Origin: Neocallimastix sp. 'constans'
Taxonomy: Eukaryota
Length of the DNA: 43,459 nt
Direction of reading: 5' to 3'
Assembly: GCA_050613775.1 (NCBI GenBank)
Contig: JBODTK010000133.1
Location: forward strand, 434,001-477,459
Both the position numbers and the translations under genes were made by a program. The notes under the pieces were generated by a model, which saw only the letters and a list, made by a program, of their open reading frames with translations, was not told where the DNA came from and did not search any database. This document shows, in pieces, positions 11,975 through 20,844 of the stretch (positions are counted from its first letter, which is position 1; each line of letters begins with the position of its first letter).

Positions 11975-12608
11975 TGATAAATAATAATAATATATATTAA
12001 GAAATAGTAAAAGATTTTATAATATTTTAAATATTAAAATAATTAAATAGTAATAACTTAATAATAATCTTGTTCATAATATTAAATAATTATAATAATT
12101 TTTATTATTATAATAATATTATTTAATAATAATATTTATATACATTTGATTGGAAAATATAGTTACACCAACTATAATAATAATATAAATATAAAATTTT
12201 TTATATGGAATAATTAGTTCTTTAGAAATTAATTTATAAAATAATTATGAAATTTATTAAGAGAATTTATTTAGAAAAATAATGAATTTTAACAATTAAA
12301 AATATTTCTCAACGTTGTATAATCAACTATAAAAATATTAAATAAAAATTATTATTATAACAAATATATAAAGTTATAAACTATATTATTTATATTATAG
12401 TATTTAACTATTTTAATTATTTATAAAAAGAATTATAATATTTAATATATAGATTAAATATTATATAAATTTTTAATAAAACATTTTTTTTAAAATAATT
12501 AAGTAAATTTAAATATTAAATATCGGTAAAACTTGTTAAAATAAAACAAGGTAAAACGATATAAAATAAGTTTAAGAAAATAAAATAAATAATACCTTAA
12601 ACTTATTA
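11975..12608 (+). repeat. Putative 3' LTR of B (634 bp) ending in the right terminal hairpin
   Basis: Follows PPT-like GGGAGGAAAA (11963-11972) + CT and starts TGATAA, the same CT-TGATAA junction seen in family A. Ends TTATTA, not CA. No full partner in the window. Confidence 0.55.
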
Positions 12609-12610
12609 AA

Positions 12611-13399
12611 TGTAAGAAATTGATATAAATTTTTATAATTTATTTCTATTTCTTATTAATTAATAATTATTTCATAATTATTATTCTTTAAAAAAATTTA
12701 TTTCATTTAAAAACAATTATACCAATTAATGTATTAATTGTTATATGAAAAAATGTATTTAATATAACTTCTGTATTATTTCATAGAAAAAATGTATTTA
12801 ATAAAATTTCTGCATTATTTTATCCTTCTCTTTTTTATCCTTTTTCTTTTTAATTCTTTTAGTTATTAAAATCGGTTATTAAAGTTTTTCCGATTAATTA
12901 TAATTGGTTTTATTTAATAACACGATGATCAATAAGTATAGATTATTGATCAAAAATCTTTCCAGTTTTTTCTTCTAATCTTTTTCTGGAAAGAATCATT
13001 GTTAAGATTAGAAAAATACATTTATTTTTGTAAAAATATAAATAGCTGTTGATTTTCGTCTTTAGAAAATCAAGAGTTATTATTTTAAGAAAAATATAAT
13101 AACAATAAAAGACATTAATATTTCAATTAATATAAAATAGTTATTTTAAAATTTGTCAAAAAAAAAAAATAATAAAATATTTAATAATAAAATAGATTAA
13201 TAAAGTTCTTTTGATAAAAACATATTTTATTTCTCATTCATTTAAGGTCTATTATATTTTCTTATAATAAACTCTAATTTTAAAGATAAGTATTAAATTC
13301 TTATTTTTATTTTAATTTTTATTTTACTTTTTTATTTAATCTTAATAGTTTAGTTAATATTATAAATAATAATTTCTATAATTTATAGAAATTATTACA
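12611..13399 (+). repeat. C 5' LTR (789 bp)
   Basis: TGTAAG...ATTACA; by eye differs from the rejoined 3' LTR only by one A in a homopolymer; TATAAATA at 13037-13044. Confidence 0.96.
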
Positions 13400-13411
13400 A
13401 TAATAACTCTT
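13400..13411 (+). promoter_or_regulatory. C self-priming PBS
   Basis: ATAATAACTCTT abuts the LTR and is complementary to AAGAGTTATTAT at 13072-13083, 35 nt after the TATA box start; no TGG tRNA PBS. Confidence 0.85.
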
Positions 13412-13832
13412 CTAGATAATTAGTTAATTGTATTATGATATTGTAGTACAAAAGTAAAAAAAAAAAAAAAAAAAAAAAATTATTTTATCCGATCAAATAA
13501 ATAAATAGATAATATTAGAAAAAAAAAAAAAAAAAAAAAAAATTTATTTTTTCCAATCAGATAAATAAATAATATAAAAAAAAAAAAAAAAAAAAAAAAA
13601 AATTTAATAGCAAATTATAATTATATAAATTAAATAGTATATACTAGATAGTAAAATTATATTATTAAATAAAATAATTATAACAATAACAATAATAATA
13701 AATACGTAAATTATATACTATAAATTATACTAACAATTAAATTTTTTATATTTAATAATATTAATTTATAATAAAGGATTCTAGAAGTTATTTCCAAAAA
13801 TAAACAATATAATGAGAATTAGTACGAACTTT

Positions 13833-14032
13833 AGAAGCAGGAGTATCCTGAGTCTTGTAACTGAGTGATTTCCGGATTAAGTTTACCCTTCACGACAAGC
13901 TGTGCGGGAGGCTCTGAACTGGTCTGTTTTAATGGTAAACAGATTGCAATCGTGGTGCGCGCGGCAACAAGACACCATTAATAGGCAAGCTGGTCGTATA
14001 GCGCATACTATCACTCAAACTCAGGGGCTTCT
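13833..14032 (+). ncRNA. Conserved structured cis-RNA motif in the C leader (core 13862-14017, shared with family A)
   Basis: Nested closing helices AGAAGC/GCTTCT, CCTGAGT/ACTCAGG, TGAGTGAT/ATCACTCA; core blocks colinear with A 4849-4690. Confidence 0.75.
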
Positions 14033-14149
14033 GGAAAATTGGTCGGAAATGCTCATTTTTGTTAAAATATTGGAAGTGTTCTTCTAGACTCCGAAGTTAT
14101 AAATTTCTATTATTAATATAAATAATTTATATTTAACAATTATATACAT

Positions 14150-14215
14150 ATTTTAAAGATATTTTAAAGATATATTAAAGATATATTAAAGATATATTAA
14201 AGATATTTTAAAGAT
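14150..14215 (+). repeat. Six 11-bp tandem repeats containing TAAAGAT just upstream of the C ORF
   Basis: TAAAGAT at 14154, 14165, 14176, 14187, 14198, 14209. Confidence 0.9.
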
Positions 14216-14245
14216 CTATATTAAAAAAGTCTATTTAGTATTTTA

Positions 14246-17200
14246 ATGAATTCAATCAGTATGGAAGCTACTAAGGAAGCTGAAGCGTCAAAATTAATTT
14301 CTGCAATTACCGAATTTATTCCCACATTTTTTTCACCTAACGGTGTGTTGGCCCGCAATGAAGACAACACAAAGCTTAATCTAAACGAACTAACGGAACA
14401 GTGTGAATTGTTCTTTGATGAACATGCCAATTCGTTCCCAAATGACAACTTTAGAAATGCTTTCGTTATCAGCAAACTTTATGGACCAGCTAAAAAATGG
14501 GGATTATCTCTCAAGGCTGATGGAACACTTAATTCTCTCACCTATGAGGAATTTAAGAGGTTATTGTTAGAAAATTTTGGAGATACAAAGGAACAAAGGT
14601 TTGTTTTAATTGAAGAACTTTTGAACCTTAAACAGCTTCACCTCGGAAAGGCAGCTTTCTTTACTATTGAATTCAGAAGATTAGCGTCAAGAATTGGTTG
14701 GAACGACGATGTTTTTATTGACCTTATCTGGAGAGGCCTTCTTGAGGAGGTTCGTCTGGAGTTCGATAAAATCGAAAGACCAAAGACCCTTTTTGAAGCA
14801 ACAAATTCAATCATCAGCATCGATAAAAAATGTTACATTAACAACCTAGCCAAAACAAATAAGTCAACCAACAAGTCGCAAAAAAGAAAAAGAGATGAGC
14901 ATCCAAAACAGGAATTCAAGAACAACAAAGTACACAAGAAATTCAGAAAAAATCAAAACAAAGAAAGCATCCTTTCGGCTAACTATACACCAAACACCTC
15001 AAATTCAATGACCACTACATTTATATTAAATAATAATGGAAAGAAAATGAAAATAAACGTCCTTATTGATTCTGGTTCTGCAAGAAGTTACATCTGTAGA
15101 GACTTTGTAAACGCCAACAGAATTCAATTATCTACCTTGTCTTCACCATTGAACATTCAGTTACCGAACAACAAAAGTATGAATATAAGACAAGTAACGA
15201 AGAAATTAGGCCTTGCCTTCATGGACCACAAGGAAAGCTATGAATTCTACGTAGCTACCTTACGACTTCAGGGAATATCAGCCATCCTTGGAAGAGATTG
15301 GTTGAGTATTCATATGCCATACGTAGATTTCAAAAATAATAAGATTTACTTTTTAGAGAACCACTGCGGAAATCACTGCCCTTCAGCAAAAGGGAATAAA
15401 TTCATTTTTCACTCTAAAGATGTTACTGCTGCAATTTTGCCAAACAACGAAAACAACAATGTATCAAAAGATAAAACAGAAACATACTCAATATCTGGTG
15501 ACGAACTTTTTGATATAGATATTTGCGCCGCTTTAGTAAATGAAACTGATAAAGATGAAATTATCAACATATACTATCAAGATTTGAAAATTGTATTTGA
15601 AAAGAAAGAGGCAGACAAATTGCCTCCACATCGTGAATATGATATATCAATTGACCTAGTCCCTGGTGGTCAATTATATTATGGACCTGTGTACTCTCTT
15701 ACGATTGTCGAAATGGAAGCTCTTAAAAACTATTTAAAAGAAAATTTAGATAAGGGGTTTATAAGGAAGTCAAAATCACCTGCTGGTGCCCCTGTCCTGT
15801 TTGTAAAAAAACAAGATGGAAGCTTACGACTCTGCGTTGATTATAGGAAATTAAATTCTATTACAATTAGGAATAGCTACCCTATCCCAAGATTGGTTGA
15901 CTTGATTGAATCGTTTAAGGGGGCAGTAATATTCACTCGTTTGGACCTTCGATCTGCATATAACCTTGTCCGCGTTAAAGAAGGTCATGAATATTTAACT
16001 GCTTTTAGAACACCTTTAGGCCAATTTGAATATCTAGTAATGCCCTTTGGCCTAAGAAATGCCCCCTCGGTGTTTCAAAGATTCATCCAGGATGTTTTAT
16101 CTGATGCAATTGGCATATTTGTTCAAGTATACTTGGATGATATAATAATTTATTCAAAAAGTTTAGACGAACATATTCAACATGTTCGTAAAATATTGTC
16201 GCTTCTAATTAAAAATGGTCTTTACGTGAAATTGGAAAAATGTGATTTTCATGTTAAAGAAACTATTTTTTTAGGGTTTGTGGTGTCTGTAAATGGTCTT
16301 TCAATGGACAGGAATAAGGTTAAAGCTGTTATCGACTGGCCTATCCCAAAAAATATTAAAGAACTCCAAGGGTTTCTAGGACTTTGTAACTTCTATAGGA
16401 AGTTTATAAATAATTTTGCCGAGATCATTGAACCTCTCCGTCGGCTTTTGAAGAAGAACTCTCCCTTCATTTGGGATGTTAGGGCAGACAATGCTTTCAA
16501 CAAACTCAAAGAAGCTTTTACGACGGAAGAAATCCTAGTTTATCCAGATCCAGAGAAAGAATTCTTTGTAGAAACGGACGCTAGCAATTTCGCTGTTGGT
16601 TGTGTTTTATCCCAAATTAGTAGCAAAGACAATAAACTCCATCCGGTTGCTTTCTACTCTAGGTCCTTGTCTTCTGCTGAAATCAATTATACTATTTATG
16701 ACAAGGAATTACTTGCAATAATCGTAGCTTTTGAAACCTGGCGCCATCACCTAGAAGGTGCTAAATTTCCAGTACAAGTAGTCACAGATCACAGAAATCT
16801 GTTATATTTTAAGCAACCTCAAAAATTAAACCAAAGACAAATTAGATGGAGTCTCTTTCTCTCAAAGTTCACTTATAGGATTTCATTTCGCTCCGGTATT
16901 AAGAGTGGTAAACCTGACTCTTTATCAAGACGCCCTGATTACGTCAACAAGGATTCGACCAATGAAGGTTATCCTCTGTTAGATGAAGAGATATTTTGTT
17001 GTGCACCTTCTGACAACTTAAAAGCCTTAATTGAAGCTCAGAATTCTGACACATACTGTAAGGATACACTCAATAAAATTAAAACAAGGTCAAATGAAGT
17101 AAAAAGTTCGCTTTTTACCATCGTCGAAGGGGTTCTGCATTTTCAGAACCGAATAATTGTCCCTTCTTCACTCAAGGCCAAGGTATTGAAAATGTATCAT

Positions 17201-18241
17201 GATGGTCCAACTAATGGTCACCAAGGAGTAGATAAAACTTTTGAAAAATTAAGAAGAAATTATTGGTGGCCAAATATGAAAAAAGACATCAAGAATTACA
17301 TATCCTCATGCGATGTTTGTGGAAGAAATAAGCTCCGAAGACACAAGCCATATGGTAAAATACAACCTTTACCGGTTCCCAGTAGACCTTGGGAAATAAT
17401 TGGCGTTGACTTTATCACTTCACTTCCCAGCTCGCAAGATTGTACATGTTTAATGGTTGTAGCTGACCATCTGACCAAAATGATTCACCTTGTCCCTTGT
17501 TCTGATGTTCCCTCCGCTGATCTGACGGCCAAAATGCTTCTATTCAATGTTTTTCGCTACCATGGATTCCCTAAAATAATTGTTTCGGACCATGGTTCTC
17601 AATTTTCATCAGAATTTTGGACTTCGTTGTGCTCTGCTATTAACGCTAATCCAAGACTTGCCACAGCTCACCATCAACAATCCAATGGACAAATTGAGCG
17701 TGCAAATTCAGTAATTGAGCAGTATCTCCGATGTTATTGTTCAACCTCCCAAAATGAATGGTGTTATTATGTTCCTTTATGTGAAATGGCCTATAACAAC
17801 TCCCTGCATAAGTCCATAGGTAAATCACCATTCTTTGCTAATTATGGCTTTAATCCTTCCTGTACTATAGAGTCGCCTCCTGTTCTTCTAAAGGATAATG
17901 CTTCCGCTTTAACCAGGGATTGGTCCTCACATTTCGAAGCATTGAAGAGACACTTACAAAAAGCTAAAGAAAATTTTAAGAAGTTTGGAGATTCGAAGAA
18001 AGCTACAGGACCTTCATTCAAAGTAAATGATTTTGTATGGCTAAAAAGATATTATTTTATAAATGAGCCATCCAAAAAACTTTCTTCACAATATCTTGGG
18101 CCGTTTAGAGTTTTGGAAGTGAGGGAGAGAATGAATTACCGTTTAGATTTGCCAGAAAATCTACATTTACATCCGGTATTTCATGTTTCCCAGTTGGAGC
18201 CTTATACAAAAAGAAATCCGGAACTAGTGGATGCATCATAA
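14246..18241 (+). CDS. C Gag-Pol polyprotein (single ORF)
   Basis: Gag-like N-terminus, LIDSGS, LPPHR, DLRSAY, YLDD, TDAS, HHCC, D-D-E, GPF...HPVFHVSQL; ends without a chromodomain. Confidence 0.96.
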   Translation: MNSISMEATKEAEASKLISAITEFIPTFFSPNGVLARNEDNTKLNLNELTEQCELFFDEHANSFPNDNFRNAFVISKLYGPAKKWGLSLKADGTLNSLTYEEFKRLLLENFGDTKEQRFVLIEELLNLKQLHLGKAAFFTIEFRRLASRIGWNDDVFIDLIWRGLLEEVRLEFDKIERPKTLFEATNSIISIDKKCYINNLAKTNKSTNKSQKRKRDEHPKQEFKNNKVHKKFRKNQNKESILSANYTPNTSNSMTTTFILNNNGKKMKINVLIDSGSARSYICRDFVNANRIQLSTLSSPLNIQLPNNKSMNIRQVTKKLGLAFMDHKESYEFYVATLRLQGISAILGRDWLSIHMPYVDFKNNKIYFLENHCGNHCPSAKGNKFIFHSKDVTAAILPNNENNNVSKDKTETYSISGDELFDIDICAALVNETDKDEIINIYYQDLKIVFEKKEADKLPPHREYDISIDLVPGGQLYYGPVYSLTIVEMEALKNYLKENLDKGFIRKSKSPAGAPVLFVKKQDGSLRLCVDYRKLNSITIRNSYPIPRLVDLIESFKGAVIFTRLDLRSAYNLVRVKEGHEYLTAFRTPLGQFEYLVMPFGLRNAPSVFQRFIQDVLSDAIGIFVQVYLDDIIIYSKSLDEHIQHVRKILSLLIKNGLYVKLEKCDFHVKETIFLGFVVSVNGLSMDRNKVKAVIDWPIPKNIKELQGFLGLCNFYRKFINNFAEIIEPLRRLLKKNSPFIWDVRADNAFNKLKEAFTTEEILVYPDPEKEFFVETDASNFAVGCVLSQISSKDNKLHPVAFYSRSLSSAEINYTIYDKELLAIIVAFETWRHHLEGAKFPVQVVTDHRNLLYFKQPQKLNQRQIRWSLFLSKFTYRISFRSGIKSGKPDSLSRRPDYVNKDSTNEGYPLLDEEIFCCAPSDNLKALIEAQNSDTYCKDTLNKIKTRSNEVKSSLFTIVEGVLHFQNRIIVPSSLKAKVLKMYHDGPTNGHQGVDKTFEKLRRNYWWPNMKKDIKNYISSCDVCGRNKLRRHKPYGKIQPLPVPSRPWEIIGVDFITSLPSSQDCTCLMVVADHLTKMIHLVPCSDVPSADLTAKMLLFNVFRYHGFPKIIVSDHGSQFSSEFWTSLCSAINANPRLATAHHQQSNGQIERANSVIEQYLRCYCSTSQNEWCYYVPLCEMAYNNSLHKSIGKSPFFANYGFNPSCTIESPPVLLKDNASALTRDWSSHFEALKRHLQKAKENFKKFGDSKKATGPSFKVNDFVWLKRYYFINEPSKKLSSQYLGPFRVLEVRERMNYRLDLPENLHLHPVFHVSQLEPYTKRNPELVDAS

Positions 18242-18251
18242 GGAGGTGCAA

Positions 18252-18995
18252 TGTAAGAAATTGATATAAATTTTTATAATTTATTTCTATTTCTTATTAA
18301 TTAATAATTATTTCATAATTATTATTCTTTAAAAAAATTTATTTCATTTAAAAACAATTATACCAATTAATGTATTAATTGTTATATGAAAAAATGTATT
18401 TAATATAACTTCTGTATTATTTCATAGAAAAAATGTATTTAATAAAATTTCTGCATTATTTTATCCTTCTCTTTTTTATCCTTTTTCTTTTTAATTCTTT
18501 TAGTTATTAAAATCGGTTATTAAAGTTTTTCCGATTAATTATAATTGGTTTTATTTAATAACACGATGATCAATAAGTATAGATTATTGATCAAAAATCT
18601 TTCCAGTTTTTTCTTCTAATCTTTTTCTGGAAAGAATCATTGTTAAGATTAGAAAAATACATTTATTTTTGTAAAAATATAAATAGCTGTTGATTTTCGT
18701 CTTTAGAAAATCAAGAGTTATTATTTTAAGAAAAATATAATAACAATAAAAGACATTAATATTTCAATTAATATAAAATAGTTATTTTAAAATTTGTCAA
18801 AAAAAAAAATAATAAAATATTTAATAATAAAATAGATTAATAAAGTTCTTTTGATAAAAACATATTTTATTTCTCATTCATTTAAGGTCTATTATATTTT
18901 CTTATAATAAACTCTAATTTTAAAGATAAGTATTAAATTCTTATTTTTATTTTAATTTTTATTTTACTTTTTTATTTAATCTTAATAGTTTAGTT
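18252..18995 (+). repeat. C 3' LTR, 5' part (continues at 26028-26071)
   Basis: Preceded by PPT-like AAGGAGGTGCAA; matches 12611 onward. Confidence 0.95.
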
Positions 18996-19730
18996 TGTCG
19001 AAATTACAACTGAATTAAATTTCAATTTCAATTAATTTCAATTAAAATTATTAAAAACAAAATAATTAATAAAAATTTATAATTCATTAATTATTCTTTA
19101 AATTTTATTTATTTTATAATATTATAAGTTATTTGATCATCTTAGGACCAGCTTAGGCCTACTGATTCTAATGATATCATATTAAACTTAAATATTATTA
19201 ATAAATAAAATATTTATTAACATGAATCATTTGGTCATGTCATCCTTGATTCATAAATTAATGTTTATGTATTAATTTATGTTATATTGATTTAATTAAT
19301 TATTAATTATTAATTACTATATTAAATATTTAAATTTAATATTATATTATATATATTAGCTAATATATTAGATTAAAAAATATAATTTATTTATATTAAA
19401 CATATTCTTATACTAAATATTATTATTATCAACTTTATATTATTATTATCAATATTCTCAAACCTACAAAGTATAAAAAGAAAATTCAAATTTATCTTTT
19501 TGTCCTTTGTAAGGTTATAGTTAACCTATTATAATATAACTATATATTTTTATTAATAAATAAAAATTTTTATCATATCAAACCAATTATTAGTTTTAAT
19601 TAAGTGTTAAATTAACAAATTTAACTTTATAACTCTTTTATTTTAGTAATTTACTTATATCTATATAGTTATATTATATAGATATATCAACCTGATTCCT
19701 CGTTAAATTCAACCTGTTTACTTTTTAACA
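18996..19730 (+). repeat. D 5' LTR
   Basis: TGTCGA...TTAACA; TATAAAA at 19472-19478. Confidence 0.96.
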
Positions 19731-19740
19731 ATAACCTTAC
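19731..19740 (+). promoter_or_regulatory. D self-priming PBS
   Basis: ATAACCTTAC abuts the LTR and is complementary to GTAAGGTTAT at 19509-19518, 37 nt after the TATA box start. Confidence 0.8.
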
Positions 19741-19764
19741 CTTAGAAAAGAGAATCACCTTGAT

Positions 19765-20844
19765 ATGTCCCTTTATAATAACGTGTGGGCAAACTCCTAT
19801 CCTGACTTTGCTCCTATGTCGGAAGTAAATAAGCTAAGAACAGACGCTCAGATTACTGTCTCTGAACTGGCAAAAGATGCAGAAGTTACATTCTTATCAA
19901 GAGAAGATTTTAATAAATATAATGAAGATCTTCAAAAGAAACTTTTTACTTTAAATAGGGATAACAAGAATATCATAAAACAACTTTCTTCTATTACCAG
20001 CATTTTAAATCAGAAATTCGATTTTATTCCTAATGTTAATGCTTCTCAAAATCAAGATGATAACGCTTCTATATCAACAAGAAGAGAGGCAGACAATGAT
20101 GTAATAATGAGGAATACTATTCCCAATACACTTCAAGAAGTCCCAGAACCTGGATTTTTCACTGGGGATACTAAGGAAACCGATCTCTTTTGTCAGCTCT
20201 GTGAAGATACTTTTAAGACTTATCCTAACTGTGAATCTACTATGGATGTAAAAATTAATTATGTTAAGTCACGCTTAAGAGATGGTGCTCGTAATTGGTA
20301 TTATGCCAAATATAAAGATAGAAGTCCAGCAACATTAGAAGAATTGATTAAAGAATTAAGGAAAGCTTTTAATAATGTTGCCAGTAAGAAATTAGCCATG
20401 ATCCAACTCGCAAAAATTTCTCACACATTTGGGAAAATTAATGATTATATTGATGAATTTCGAACCCTTACAACATGTTTGAATTGGAATGAAGAAGCTT
20501 TAGTTTTATTCTTTTATAATGGATTGCACCCAAGGTTCCAGGAAGAAATAGAAAAAATGGATGAATTTCCTTCTGATCTTAGTACTATTTATACTAGATG
20601 TATTCTTTACGAAAATTCCTTGAAATCTAAAGGTCAATTAAAATCTAATGGTAATAAAAATTTAAAGAAAAAGCCTTCTAATGTCCACAATAACAACAAC
20701 AACAATAATAATAAATATAATAATAATAACAATTATAACAAATATTATAATAATAATTATAATAAAGTCCATAATAATAATAACTTTAATAAAATTAATA
20801 ATAACAGTAATAATAGTACAAATAATAATAATTCAAAAAACTAA
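19765..20844 (+). CDS. gag: D gag, Asn-rich C-terminus
   Basis: Retrotransposon gag-like (LRDGARNW, YIDEFR, FYNGL); ends A AAA AAC TAA. Confidence 0.9.
   Translation: MSLYNNVWANSYPDFAPMSEVNKLRTDAQITVSELAKDAEVTFLSREDFNKYNEDLQKKLFTLNRDNKNIIKQLSSITSILNQKFDFIPNVNASQNQDDNASISTRREADNDVIMRNTIPNTLQEVPEPGFFTGDTKETDLFCQLCEDTFKTYPNCESTMDVKINYVKSRLRDGARNWYYAKYKDRSPATLEELIKELRKAFNNVASKKLAMIQLAKISHTFGKINDYIDEFRTLTTCLNWNEEALVLFFYNGLHPRFQEEIEKMDEFPSDLSTIYTRCILYENSLKSKGQLKSNGNKNLKKKPSNVHNNNNNNNNKYNNNNNYNKYYNNNYNKVHNNNNFNKINNNSNNSTNNNNSKN

Larger units (their letters stand above)
6397..12608 (+). mobile_element. Ty3/Gypsy retrotransposon family B with atypical ends (44-bp inverted terminal hairpin repeats)
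   Basis: PBS-like TGGTGGAGAA at 6444, gag, -1 frameshift signal, pol with PR/RT/RH/IN; 6397-6440 is the exact reverse complement of 12565-12608. Left boundary uncertain. Confidence 0.88.

Noticed and set aside
6397..12608. B as a DIRS or Ginger element because of its inverted ends
   Set aside because: It encodes protease, RT, RNase H and a DDE integrase with a PBS; no tyrosine recombinase (DIRS) is seen, and Ginger elements lack RT.
13902..14087. 61-aa ORF in the C leader and 64-aa ORF 5033-5227 in the A1 leader
   Set aside because: Non-ATG starts; by-products of locally higher GC in structured-RNA islands.
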